Assembly: GCA_965206845.1 (NCBI GenBank)
Contig: OZ242221.1
Location: 480,001 to 544,000, forward strand
Length of the DNA: 64,000 bases
DNA from: Cenarchaeum sp.
GTDB taxonomy: Archaea; Thermoproteota; Nitrososphaeria; Nitrososphaerales; Nitrosopumilaceae
Direction: 5' to 3'
The notes beneath the pieces are model-generated. The model had not been told where the DNA came from and did not search any database. It saw only the letters and a program-made list of their open reading frames with translations. The translations under genes were made by a program, and so were the position numbers. Of this stretch, positions 19,819 through 29,518 are shown in pieces; positions within the stretch are counted from its first letter, which is position 1, and each line of letters starts with the position of its first letter.

Positions 19819-20676
19819 TTGTCCAGATACGAGTCTCCAAGAGTCAATGCCGGTGCGGCAAAGGTGGTCTTAATAGTGCTCATCGTACTGGTTGTGGTGG
19901 GCTTGGTGGCTGCTTCTTCGGTAAAGATTGTGGATGCCGGAACAAGGGGCGTCCTGCTTCACTGGAGTGCGGTAGATCTGACACAGCCGCCACTTGAGGA
20001 GGGCTTGCATTTTGTGACACCATTTGCCGATGATGTCATCAACATAGAGGTTAGGACACTCAAGTATGAGAAATCTACAACGGCTGCCTCCAAAGACCTG
20101 CAGACTGTCAGAACCACAGTGACCGTAAACTATCACCCTGAGAAGGAGATGATCCACTACCTCTACAAGGATCTGGGACTTGACTATGAGAACAGGGTCA
20201 TCCAGCCGGCAATCGAGGAGACAGTCAAGCAGGTAACTGCCAACTATAACGCAGAGGAGCTCATCACAAAGAGGCCGCAAGTAAAGGCAGACATCCAGGA
20301 CGAGATCACCGACAGGCTCAACGCGTTTAACCTGGCAACAGAGGTAATCTCGATTACGGACTTTGAATTTTCACTCCTATTCTCCCAGGCAATAGAGTCA
20401 AAGGTGGAGGCAGAGCAAAAGGCATTCAGGGCGGAGAACGACCTGTTAAGAATCCAGGTTGAGGCGCAGCAGCAAGAGGCCCAGGCCTTCGGCATCGCAA
20501 ACGCCAACATTGCGGAGGCAGAGGGAGAGGCAAAGGCGATCAGGATCATCAACCAGGCCCTAGCAGAGAACCCGAACTACCTGGAGTGGTTCAAGACACG
20601 GGCATGGGATGGAAAGCTGCCGCTGGTGGTCGGCAGTGGCGGAACCCCGTTCATTCAGATACCTGTTACCCCGTAA
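19819..20676 (+). CDS. Prohibitin/SPFH domain membrane protein
   Basis: N-terminal TM, EGLHF, SKDLQ, AEELITKR, AIE.K..AEQ, WDGKLP. Confidence 0.92.
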   Translation: MSRYESPRVNAGAAKVVLIVLIVLVVVGLVAASSVKIVDAGTRGVLLHWSAVDLTQPPLEEGLHFVTPFADDVINIEVRTLKYEKSTTAASKDLQTVRTTVTVNYHPEKEMIHYLYKDLGLDYENRVIQPAIEETVKQVTANYNAEELITKRPQVKADIQDEITDRLNAFNLATEVISITDFEFSLLFSQAIESKVEAEQKAFRAENDLLRIQVEAQQQEAQAFGIANANIAEAEGEAKAIRIINQALAENPNYLEWFKTRAWDGKLPLVVGSGGTPFIQIPVTP

Positions 20677-21590
20677 CGCTGGGGAATTGCATGCCATGAA
20701 CGATACAAATAGTAACAGTTCGGTCTCATGAAGCAAAATCGCGCAACTTGAACAAGAATTATTCTGCGATACATGTGCCTTGTTCGAAACATATTTAGCT
20801 GAGAGTATTTTCTGACAAGGCGTGAACCTCGGACTTGATCCGACTCGAGTAGATTGGAACGATCCCAGCGTAGAATACTTGCTGAAGTACTTTAAGATGA
20901 CAACGACTGATCGTGATGACAAGCTTGAGTCACTGATGAGATCAAACAACCAGATGGCATCTGAAAAAGAACAGATGGCATCCAAGAACAAGGAACTGGA
21001 AGAAGGGTGCTCGCACCTTGAGGCAAAATGCGGCAGACTCATCGAAATGTACAACAGATTGCTTGACGGTGCCAGCAACGGCGTCGCCTCTGGCAATCCC
21101 CCGGAAGATCCTGACGCAGGATCCAAGACGACGCCCAAGCAGCGCCCCGAAGGTGGCAGGAAGAGCAGCTACAACGTGAGGGAGCTTGCCGGATATCCCC
21201 GGCCCAAGCCTCCTGCAAGAAGCGAGAATGGTCATCTACGGAGAGACCACGTGGTGCACGAGACGATGACTGCAGACGAGCTTGCATGCCGCAAGTGCAG
21301 ATTCACGCCATCCCGGCCCACGGCCACGTACACAAAGACCACCGAGTATCTGGTGGATCGCCAATGGCAAGAGGCAGCCCGGGTGATCACGCGGAGGTAC
21401 TGCAAAAAGTGCCGCAGGCAGCAAGCGGCCCGGACCGGGGGCGTCCTGCCAAACGAGCACTACGGGATAAACGTCATGGCCCAGACAGTGACACTGCGGT
21501 GCATGATCGACTCGTTTGAAAGGATCCGCAAGATATTCCACATGTTTCACGGGGTGCTCATCCCAAGGTACCTGGTAGAGTTAAATTATG
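20673..21590 (+). mobile_element. Truncated IS66-family element
   Basis: GTAACG.. IS66-type left end at 20673; internal ORF with coiled coil and CxxC..CxxC zinc finger; no DDE core and no right end; right boundary approximate. Confidence 0.65.
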
Positions 21591-21610
21591 ACCCAGGATA
21601 CCCGTGGTAA
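20822..21610 (+). pseudogene. IS66 transposase N-terminal fragment
   Basis: Coiled coil, CRKC...RRYCKKCRR, VLPNEHYGIN; ends before the catalytic domain. Confidence 0.7.
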
Positions 21611-21612
21611 AA

Positions 21613-22647
21613 TTGTCAAAAAAGGCCGTGGTGATGCGGGGCGACGGAATTGGCCCCGAGATCGTCGATGTGATGCTCAGGATACTTCGGGACTGCAACC
21701 TGCAGTCGGAGATCATCATGTGCGAGGCGGGATCAGAGCAGTGGGACAGAAACGGCAGAAGGGACGAGTCGTACATCCCAGACGGGACCATGGACATGCT
21801 AAGGGAAGTCGACGCCTGCTTCAAGGGGCCCACCACGACCATTCCGGTTCCCGGAGCCCCCAGGAGCGTGGCAGTCACGCTGCGGCAGAAGTTTGATCTG
21901 TACGCAAACATACGGCCCACAAGAACCTACGACAGGCTGACCCCCAACACAAGGCTGGACTGCGTCTGCTTCAGGGAGGCCACGGAAGGCCTGTACGCTG
22001 GCGTGGAGGCCAGGATCACAGATGATGCGGCAATCGCCATAAGAAAGATCACAAGGAATGGCTGCAGGAGGCTGATGGCCGCCGCAGCAGACTGGGCCAG
22101 GCAGCGCCACATGACAAAGTTTGTAGCGATCACAAAGAGGAACATCCTCAAGCAGACCGACGGCATATTCTGGGAAGAGGCACAGCGCGGCGTAAAGGAC
22201 GTGCCCGGCGCCCGGATTTCAGAGATATACATAGACAACATGGCGCAGCAGATGGTCGTGGCGCCAGAACAGTTTAACGGCGCGGTGCTGGTCAGCACAA
22301 ACCTGTTCATGGACATAATCTCGGAGCTTGCGTCTGGGCTGGTGGGCTCCATCGGGCTCATCTACTCGGCAAACATCGGCGACTCGTACGCCATGTTTGA
22401 GGCGGCCCACGGCAGCGCGCCCTCCTTTGCGGGGCAGAACCGGGTCAATCCCACGGCCGCCATACTCTCCGGGGCGTGGATGGCCGAGTACCTGGGCGAG
22501 GCGCCGGTGCGAGACGCCATATTTGAGGCGACAGAGCGCGTCATCAACGAGGGAAGGTATGTCACGTTTGACATAGGCGGAAGCGCCGGAACCGACCGGA
22601 TGGCAAGCGAGATATCCGCAGTAGCGCAAAAGCTGCTAAGAAGATAG
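21613..22647 (+). CDS. Isocitrate/isopropylmalate dehydrogenase family protein
   Basis: GDGIGPEI, LRQKFDLYANIRP, REATEGLY, K.NILK.TDG, FEAAHGSAP, NPTA. Confidence 0.92.
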   Translation: MSKKAVVMRGDGIGPEIVDVMLRILRDCNLQSEIIMCEAGSEQWDRNGRRDESYIPDGTMDMLREVDACFKGPTTTIPVPGAPRSVAVTLRQKFDLYANIRPTRTYDRLTPNTRLDCVCFREATEGLYAGVEARITDDAAIAIRKITRNGCRRLMAAAADWARQRHMTKFVAITKRNILKQTDGIFWEEAQRGVKDVPGARISEIYIDNMAQQMVVAPEQFNGAVLVSTNLFMDIISELASGLVGSIGLIYSANIGDSYAMFEAAHGSAPSFAGQNRVNPTAAILSGAWMAEYLGEAPVRDAIFEATERVINEGRYVTFDIGGSAGTDRMASEISAVAQKLLRR

Positions 22648-23169
22648 CCGGGCCTCCACCAGGATCAGCTCCTCAAAGAAGAGCCTCTTTTTTGCAAGTA
22701 TGCGGGTCCGCATCCCCAGCCCCTCGGTCTGCCGGATCAGCCCGGGATAGTCTGACAGGGACGAGGTGACGAAGAGGAGCCTGCCGCCGGGCTTGAGGCG
22801 CGGGACCGCAGACCTGATCATCCGCAGCGGCGCCGGAATCCCGCCGGACCCGCCGTCGGTCGCAACGTCTAGTATCACATCCGTGGCAAGGTACGGCGGG
22901 TTGCACACTATGAGGTCAAACCGGCAGGAGAGTGCATCGGCGCCGCTGCAGCACACCAAGTTCTCCGTCCTGTATGACTGGTTTTGGAGGGCGTCAAGGT
23001 TGATGTCCGTCCCGACCACCAGGTCAAAGGATCTTGCAAGCGTTCGCGTGAGGTATCCCGAGCCGCTGCCCATGTCTAGCGCGCGCTCCCCTTGCAGGCC
23101 CAAGATATGATCCTCCAGAAAGAAGGTGTCCTCTGCGGGAAGGTATGCGTCACCTGATCGTCTCTGCAA
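22636..23169 (-). CDS. HemK2/PrmC-like methyltransferase
   Basis: Y.PAEDT, LDMGSGSG, NPPYL, DGG.GG, FFEEL. Confidence 0.88.
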   Translation of the reverse strand: MQRRSGDAYLPAEDTFFLEDHILGLQGERALDMGSGSGYLTRTLARSFDLVVGTDINLDALQNQSYRTENLVCCSGADALSCRFDLIVCNPPYLATDVILDVATDGGSGGIPAPLRMIRSAVPRLKPGGRLLFVTSSLSDYPGLIRQTEGLGMRTRILAKKRLFFEELILVEARLSS

Positions 23170-23842
23170 TCCTGACTATCTCCTCGTCGGTAAGCTCGTC
23201 AAGCCTCTGGCTGCCCTCATACTCGACGCCAAACTCCTTCAGGATGTTCCGCACCGTCTTTCTCCTGTGCGAGAACAGTCGGTTGATGGCAGATACCATG
23301 TCCCGGGTGGCGCGGTTCCTCTGCGTGACCCTGAGTACCACAGAGTCCACCTCCGGCGGCGGTTCGAACCCGTCCCCGGGGACGCTGTGCAGGGCCTCCA
23401 TGTCAAAGGCCCAAGAGGCCAGAACTGAGATGGCCCGGCGGTCCCGGTCCTTGGCGGTCAGCTTGTCGGCAAACTCTTGCTGAACCATGATGATGGCCTT
23501 GGAGAACTCCTGTCGGGAGAGCCACTCCACAGCCCTGCGGCTCTGTGAGTAGGGCAGGGCCGAGACGAGTATGTCAAATGATGCATCATCAGAGAACCCG
23601 TCCCCGCAGACAAGGTCCAGGTTGCCGGGGTTTGGCTTGCTCTTCAGGCACATGTACAGGTAGCGATCCAGCTCCACTGCGGTCACCTTTTTTGCGCGCC
23701 TGCAGATGTGGCCTGTGAGCTCCCCCCTGCCGGGCCCTATCTCCAGCACCGTGTCCTGGTCCGTTATGCCTGCGGCATCGACTATGCGCCTGGCGGCATC
23801 GTCGGATTTTAAAAAGTGCTGGCCCAGTCTTCTCCTCTTCAT
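23150..23842 (-). CDS. rsmA: 16S rRNA adenine dimethyltransferase (KsgA/Dim1)
   Basis: LGQHFL, LEIGPG.G, LPY, Q.EFA, F.PPP.VDS, RRKT. Confidence 0.93.
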   Translation of the reverse strand: MKRRRLGQHFLKSDDAARRIVDAAGITDQDTVLEIGPGRGELTGHICRRAKKVTAVELDRYLYMCLKSKPNPGNLDLVCGDGFSDDASFDILVSALPYSQSRRAVEWLSRQEFSKAIIMVQQEFADKLTAKDRDRRAISVLASWAFDMEALHSVPGDGFEPPPEVDSVVLRVTQRNRATRDMVSAINRLFSHRRKTVRNILKEFGVEYEGSQRLDELTDEEIVRIAETIR

Positions 23843-24411
23843 CTCTTGACGAAGAGGTTTATTCTTGTCTCGCCGCTGATCTCTTCCATGATTCTCTGCG
23901 AGATGTGCTTTATGGGCTCCTTGAACCCCACCCTCTCGTACAGCTCGTCAAAGCTCTCGAACTTTTTCTTCTCCCGCTCCTCCAGCATGGTCTGCATGTA
24001 TGTCTTGCCGATTCCCGGAATGAGATCCAGAGCGTGGATTCTCGGGGTCAGCGGCTGGGCCGTATTGAGGTATTCGATGAACCGCCCCTCATTCTCGGTC
24101 ACTATCGTCTCCACTACGGATGGAAGCTCGCCCTGCGCCGCGTGGGATATTCTCGAGTACTCGATCTTGCCCAGCACCGACTGGACCTTCTTTCGCCCCT
24201 CCTTGCCTATGTAGATCTTCTCGCCCATCGTAAACGTCGAGTTTTCGGCTCCCAGGATCTCCAGCAGCGTAAACCTGTCCTCCCCGATGGCGGTGACGAT
24301 GATCCCCTCTCGCCCCCGCACGGTAACCGATTTGGCCCTGGGGTTGAAATCCAGCACATAAGCCCGCTCCTCATACCTCCTAGGTGGCATGTGTACTCTC
24401 TGCAAGCCCAC
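23839..24411 (-). CDS. DUF655 family predicted RNA-binding protein
   Basis: E.AYVLDF, FTLLE, N.AQP.TPRIH.L.L.PGIGK; conserved rpl21e-rpoF-DUF655-ksgA order. Confidence 0.9.
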   Translation of the reverse strand: MGLQRVHMPPRRYEERAYVLDFNPRAKSVTVRGREGIIVTAIGEDRFTLLEILGAENSTFTMGEKIYIGKEGRKKVQSVLGKIEYSRISHAAQGELPSVVETIVTENEGRFIEYLNTAQPLTPRIHALDLIPGIGKTYMQTMLEEREKKKFESFDELYERVGFKEPIKHISQRIMEEISGETRINLFVKR

Positions 24412-24420
24412 ATCCGCCGC

Positions 24421-24747
24421 CTAAGAGTTCTCCTTGAGGATCTTTAGTATCTTTTCAAGCGTCTCTGCAAGGATTAGCTTCTTCCAGCCAAAGGTAAACG
24501 AGCGCAGCTCAGTCATCGTGGTGGGCAGTATGTTCACTATCTCCACTGCCTCTTCCTCGGTCAGGTCGCACTCACCCACCAACCGCTGCATCATTACTTT
24601 TGCGCTGTCGTGATCCACCTTGCCAAACTTGGAGACGTAATCAAACGTCCAGCGCTGTATCTGATCCATGGAGTCAGGCTCGTTCCTGCCCAGTATCTCC
24701 TTTACCACCGATACGGGCACCGGTTGCTTCTTTTTTACTTCTTCCAT
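24421..24747 (-). CDS. rpoF: RNA polymerase subunit Rpo4 (RpoF)
   Basis: DQIQRWT.DY..KF, A.EIVNILP...ELR; synteny. Confidence 0.9.
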   Translation of the reverse strand: MEEVKKKQPVPVSVVKEILGRNEPDSMDQIQRWTFDYVSKFGKVDHDSAKVMMQRLVGECDLTEEEAVEIVNILPTTMTELRSFTFGWKKLILAETLEKILKILKENS

Positions 24748-24750
24748 CTC

Positions 24751-25050
24751 TCATACACCAAACGGTTTGATATGGTCAAGCCTAGTGATTAAGGTTTTCG
24801 GCTTGGATCCCAGCTTTACGTTCAGGGTTACGGCCCTGCGGCCGACTGCCATGACTATTCCCACCTTGCCGTGGTACCGCCTGTGCGGAAGGCCCTTATG
24901 CTGACGCGGGTCGATGATCACAAGTGCCCGATCCCCCAGGTGGTACTCCTGCATCAGGAACGACACCCCGCGAGGATGCTTTTTGGTCATCAGCGATCTG
25001 GACTTGTGCCTGAAGCCGTGGGATCTGCCCGAGGGCTTTTTTGTGGTCAT
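24751..25050 (-). CDS. rpl21e: 50S ribosomal protein L21e
   Basis: SHGFRHKSR, HKGLPHRRYHGKVG, K.LI.R.DHIKP; ATG at 25050. Confidence 0.95.
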   Translation of the reverse strand: MTTKKPSGRSHGFRHKSRSLMTKKHPRGVSFLMQEYHLGDRALVIIDPRQHKGLPHRRYHGKVGIVMAVGRRAVTLNVKLGSKPKTLITRLDHIKPFGV

Positions 25051-25305
25051 ACCTGTGTTGGGCGCCCCGAACCCTATTTTAAGACTTTGTGGCCTTTCAG
25101 TCAGACAAATGTCTGGCTGCGCCCGCAGTGATGCGCCAAGCCGAATCAGTGGCACCCGGGGACAGGCATAGCCCGCACACTTCGGCTCGCGCCTGCGCGC
25201 AAACAAAGGCAGGGCAGCCGTCCGGGATGGGCGCCTCCCAGAATTTTGGTGGTTGCTTTGAAAAAAAAATGGGACAAGTGTCCCATGGGTGGTTATGATC
25301 GGCAT

Positions 25306-26394
25306 CTACTCGAGGTCGTCCGTGTCTGGAATGTCGTCGGGTGCGTCATTTGATTTTGCACCCTTGGGTGCCTTTTTGGCAGTCTCCTCTGCTTTGATGG
25401 CTTCCTTCTCGAGTTTCTTCAGGTGATCCTCTGTGTCTTGCACGCCTTTCGCGCCAAGCTCAAAGACCTCTTCAGATGCTGGGTGGTGCGGGCTGTCAAC
25501 AATCTTGGCAACTCGCTTGTTCTTTCCGCCTTTTCTAAAGTAGATCCTGTACGTGCTTGCGTGCCCCACGATGTTGCCACCTACGGGCTTTGTGGGATCC
25601 CCAAAGAACGTGTCTGGACTGGTCGAGACCTGATTTGTTGCCACAACGGCACAGTTGTACATCTCTGCAATCCTTGCCAGCAGTCGTATGTACCTTCCAA
25701 GCTTCTGCTGCCTGTTTGCCAGTGTTCCACGCCCCAGATACTCTGCTCTGAACAGTCCGGTTGTGGAATCAGACACGATCAGCTTGATGTTCTCTTCTCG
25801 GATTATCTTGCCTGCCTCTTCCAGTATGAGGACCTGGTGCGCGCTGTTGTATGCCCGTGCAACAATTATGTTGTCCAGGGCCTTGGAGGGATCCATGTTG
25901 TGCACCTTTGCGATCTCTATGATCCTCTCGGGACGGAACGTGCCTTCGGTATCGATGTACAGCACGCCTCCTGCCAGTCCTCCCTCTTCCAAGGATTTCT
26001 GGACCGTTACACAGAGGGCGTGACAGAACTGTGTCTTTCCACAGCCAAACTCGCCGTACACCTCGGTTATTGCCTGGGTCTCTATGCCGCCCAAAAGAAG
26101 GCTGTCAAGGGAATCGGTTCCGGTGGTTATTCGTCCGATGGACTGCCGCTTTTTGTAGATCTCAGACGCGGACGCAAAGTCCTTTGTGATTGCGCCGGTA
26201 TCTACAAGATGCCTTCTTGCCAGGGCGACTATCTTGCCGCATGTCTCCGTGGTCATGTTTGAGATCTCCTCAAGCTCTACTGGTCCTCTGACGACTATAT
26301 CCATCAGGTTATGAACCCCTGCGTCCTCTAGTCTCTTTTTGGTTACTGGTCCTACCCCGTCAAGGTCGGACAAGTCGAAGTTATCAACACTCAT
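25306..26394 (-). CDS. radA: DNA repair and recombination protein RadA
   Basis: GGIETQAITEVYGEFGCGKTQ, YIDTEGTFRPERI, FRAEYLGRG.LA.RQQ, TNQV; no intein. Confidence 0.96.
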   Translation of the reverse strand: MSVDNFDLSDLDGVGPVTKKRLEDAGVHNLMDIVVRGPVELEEISNMTTETCGKIVALARRHLVDTGAITKDFASASEIYKKRQSIGRITTGTDSLDSLLLGGIETQAITEVYGEFGCGKTQFCHALCVTVQKSLEEGGLAGGVLYIDTEGTFRPERIIEIAKVHNMDPSKALDNIIVARAYNSAHQVLILEEAGKIIREENIKLIVSDSTTGLFRAEYLGRGTLANRQQKLGRYIRLLARIAEMYNCAVVATNQVSTSPDTFFGDPTKPVGGNIVGHASTYRIYFRKGGKNKRVAKIVDSPHHPASEEVFELGAKGVQDTEDHLKKLEKEAIKAEETAKKAPKGAKSNDAPDDIPDTDDLE

Positions 26395-26439
26395 ACAGTA
26401 TGGTACGGTACTGCACATATAAACATAACGAAAGAGTTA

Positions 26440-27574
26440 GTGTGTTGCATAATTCCCCCTGCTCGCTTAGAACATGCACGGGCCTTGCATATTTTGGACT
26501 ACACCGCACCTGCCCCCATGTCTACCAGCCTATTGTACGTGGCCACCTTGATCCTGACTTCCTGCACCACGTTCTTCCACTTTAGCGAGTACAGGTGCTC
26601 GCCGAACATCCGCTTGAATGCAGAGAACACGATCTCCGCCAGCCATCTCTTGCCGTACTCGACCTTCTTTTTCCATTCCTCCCGGAAGCGCCTTTTCTCG
26701 CCGTCTGACACCTTCCACACGTGGTTGTCAGCGGATCCGCCAAGCTGCTTCCTGACTGCGATCCCCCATGCGTCGCCGGTCCCTTTCCCGCGCGCCATCG
26801 AGTTTACCCTGAGCTTGATGCGCGAACCCACGCCGCGATCCCCGCATGCAGTCACGTTGCTTCTGGAAGCGTAAGCGGCATCCCCGTGCAGGCAGCATCC
26901 TGCGTCTGCCGGCCCGGCGGCGGAATCCTGCGCCTGGCCTGTCCGCATCGCAACCTCCAAGGCCTCGTCAAGCAGCGGAATGAGCATCGGCGAGTCTCCG
27001 GTTCTGTCGTCGGTGACCTGGACTGCCAGTATCTTCTTCGTGTCCACGTCCACCATCACGTGGAGCTTGACGAATCCTCTCCGGACCTTCCATTTGTGTC
27101 TGATCCACTCCCCCCTGTTGTGCTGCTTTAGGCCGGTGGAGTCGACTGCGAGGCGGACCGGCACTGTCCCGCCGCCCGTGACGGTAAACACGCTGCCATT
27201 CCTTTTGACCTCCAATGCCTGGAACCTCCTGCATATGGTCGTGTAGCAGGGCGTGTCCCAGTCACCTAGCGTCTCAATCAGCATTCCCTGCAGGTGCCTG
27301 TACGGCAATCCTGTCATCGATTTTACCGCCGCCAGGGCCGCAAACAGTGACTCGGCGTACTGGAACGGCGCGCCCACCTTGTTCCTGTTGGCGACCATCA
27401 CCTCCTCGTGCCTTTGCGGATCGTCCCGGATGATCAGCGCTTGGCCGCGCTTGACGTATTTCTCGTTGTCAGTCATCAGCAATCTGTGTCTGATCCACTG
27501 ATCCTTAGCTTTTTCGGTCTCGGACGGAGTGGGGATATTCACGGTAATGTGCTAGGAGGAATTATGCAACACAC
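26440..27574 (-). mobile_element. IS5-family (IS903/ISC1058-like) insertion sequence
   Basis: TIR GTGTGTTGCATAATTCC(C/T)CCT at both ends, flanked by TA. Confidence 0.88.
26499..27542 (-). CDS. IS5-family DDE transposase
   Basis: AVDSTGLK..RGEW, KLH, GDAAY, YGKRWLAEIVFSAFKR. Confidence 0.9.
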   Translation of the reverse strand: MNIPTPSETEKAKDQWIRHRLLMTDNEKYVKRGQALIIRDDPQRHEEVMVANRNKVGAPFQYAESLFAALAAVKSMTGLPYRHLQGMLIETLGDWDTPCYTTICRRFQALEVKRNGSVFTVTGGGTVPVRLAVDSTGLKQHNRGEWIRHKWKVRRGFVKLHVMVDVDTKKILAVQVTDDRTGDSPMLIPLLDEALEVAMRTGQAQDSAAGPADAGCCLHGDAAYASRSNVTACGDRGVGSRIKLRVNSMARGKGTGDAWGIAVRKQLGGSADNHVWKVSDGEKRRFREEWKKKVEYGKRWLAEIVFSAFKRMFGEHLYSLKWKNVVQEVRIKVATYNRLVDMGAGAV

Positions 27575-27739
27575 TAGATCTTAAAGACAGCCCCCGCAGT
27601 CCGAAAAGTAGCACATTTCCCGTGTGGGACACCGTTACCGGAGAGCGCCGTGTCGTGGAAGACGCCTGTCAGGGTGCGGCACCTAGCGTAAGGATCCAAT
27701 TCCCCTAAGGTTAATTTAAGACAAGATCAGAGGGATCCC

Positions 27740-28492
27740 ATGAGACTGCAAGACAAGGTTGCAATCGTTACCGGCGCGTCAAGCGACATCGGTGTCAGCA
27801 TAACAGAGCGGTTTGTCCAGGAGGGAGCCAGTGTGGTGCTTCTCGGACGGGATCTTGGGCGCCTGAAGCGCGCCGCAGGAGGCAGCAAGAATGCGGTACC
27901 GATGACATGCGACGTCACCAGCGAGGCGCAGGTAATACAGGCAATAGACCAGATAATGGACAAGTACGGCAAGATCGACATACTGGTAAACGGGGCAGGA
28001 GCCATCAACGATCCTGTGCACCTGCACAAGATGCCCGATGCCGAGATAGATCGTCTGCTGGACGTGAACCTCTACGGCGTCCTCAGGCCGACCAAGGCCG
28101 TGCTGGCCAAGATGAGCGAGGCGCGCAGCGGATCCATAGTCAACATCGGATCCATCAGCAGCGAGCGCGCCATTCCACGGGTGCACTTGGCGGTGTACTC
28201 TGCAGCAAAGGCGGCAGTGAGCATGTTTACAAAGGCAGTAGCAGTGGAGTATGCCAGGCGCAACATCAGGTGCAACTGCGTGAACCCGGGCATCATCAAC
28301 TCGGGAATGATCAAGCCGTATCTGGAGGATCCCAATGCCCGGAGGGTGTTGGAGGACAGGCTCCCGCTGAACAGGGTGGGAGAACCGGAAGACGTCGCAA
28401 ACGCCGTGCTCTTTCTGGCGTCAGACGAGGCAAGCTGGATTACAGGGGTCGTGCTGAACGTGGACGGCGGCAAGACGGCATCCGAGGGCTAG
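27740..28492 (+). CDS. SDR family oxidoreductase
   Basis: TGASSDIG, NGAG, YSAAK, N.V.PG, VDGG. Confidence 0.92.
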   Translation: MRLQDKVAIVTGASSDIGVSITERFVQEGASVVLLGRDLGRLKRAAGGSKNAVPMTCDVTSEAQVIQAIDQIMDKYGKIDILVNGAGAINDPVHLHKMPDAEIDRLLDVNLYGVLRPTKAVLAKMSEARSGSIVNIGSISSERAIPRVHLAVYSAAKAAVSMFTKAVAVEYARRNIRCNCVNPGIINSGMIKPYLEDPNARRVLEDRLPLNRVGEPEDVANAVLFLASDEASWITGVVLNVDGGKTASEG

Positions 28493-29040
28493 CCGGAAGC
28501 GGTTCTGGCAAGCAGCTGCGCAACGCGGAGCGGCTCTGGCCGGGAGCCCTGCAGTGTAAGCCCGCAGAGAAGCTGCTGCGCGTCCTCTGCCGTGCATCCC
28601 TCGCACCTAACAAAGACATCGGATGCGCCAAGCGAGATCTGCTGGCGCCTTGCAAGGCTTTTGTATTGCACCATTTTTTTTGCACCAAACCTGCCCTCTA
28701 CGTCCCGTATGCCGCCTGAGTCACTGTAGGTGACGCCGATTACCGGGATCCCAAGGCTCCGGTGGATCCTCCCAATGTCGACTATGTTGTACCGCGAGAT
28801 GATCAGCCCCGAGAGCAACACATAGCTGATGTCCGGCCTGCCAAGCCTGCCATACATGTCCAGTACGGTGTCTGTGGCGTCGTCGCCTGAGAGCGTCGCA
28901 TGCCCCAGGACAAAGCCGTCGATCACAAGGTCCCTCCTCATGACGACGCCTGCCAGCACCGATCTGCGTGATCCGGGGGCAAAGCTCTCCGCGATGGCCA
29001 GTCCCCTCAGGCCCCTCTTCTCAAGGTGCAGGTGTCTCAT
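28489..29040 (-). CDS. DUF99 family (endonuclease V-like) protein
   Basis: GVVMRRD..IDG, G.DATD, YNIVD, PEPLRVA. Confidence 0.85.
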   Translation of the reverse strand: MRHLHLEKRGLRGLAIAESFAPGSRRSVLAGVVMRRDLVIDGFVLGHATLSGDDATDTVLDMYGRLGRPDISYVLLSGLIISRYNIVDIGRIHRSLGIPVIGVTYSDSGGIRDVEGRFGAKKMVQYKSLARRQQISLGASDVFVRCEGCTAEDAQQLLCGLTLQGSRPEPLRVAQLLARTASG

Positions 29041-29140
29041 GTCTCCTCCTGTAGGCCCTGTATGCCACAGCCGAGGCGGTGATCAGAATGCCTGAAACCA
29101 CGGACCACACAAAAAACGGGACAGCCTCTGACTCTACCAT
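29021..29140 (-). CDS. Possible small single-TM protein
   Basis: MVESEAVPFFVWSVVSGILITASAVAYRAYRRR: hydrophobic stretch plus basic tail. Confidence 0.4.
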   Translation of the reverse strand: MVESEAVPFFVWSVVSGILITASAVAYRAYRRRHETPAP

Positions 29141-29192
29141 ACCATACCAGAAGCTAATAACATCTAAATACATTTGACAATCACGCCAGACT

Positions 29193-29402
29193 ATGCCTGA
29201 AATCATATGCGGCGTATGCGGGGTGCGAATGTTCCACGAGAACGAGACCACCCTCAAGGTGGAGAATGCCATTCACAAAAAATTCTGCAGGAAGAAGCCC
29301 GGTGAGACCCACAGCTACATGCACCGGGATGTGGAGCACCAGGGCCCCTTTGACGCAGAGCGGGAGAGCGACGCCCAGGGCAACCCGGTTCTAAAAAAAT
29401 AG
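29193..29402 (+). CDS. Small hypothetical protein (CxxC..H...C)
   Basis: 69-aa ORF, CGVC...H..FC; AT-rich sequence upstream. Confidence 0.6.
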   Translation: MPEIICGVCGVRMFHENETTLKVENAIHKKFCRKKPGETHSYMHRDVEHQGPFDAERESDAQGNPVLKK

Positions 29403-29518
29403 GCGCACGACAGATGGCGCCTGATCCTTCAAAGGCGGGCACTGCCGATCCGGTTGCGCCTGATCCCGCAAGATCCCCAGGGGCCTGCAGGCATCAGCAG
29501 AACTGAATTATATCCGGC

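Noticed and set aside
25306-26394. Intein in RadA (also checked RfcL and LeuS)
   Set aside because: Lengths are normal and motifs are uninterrupted
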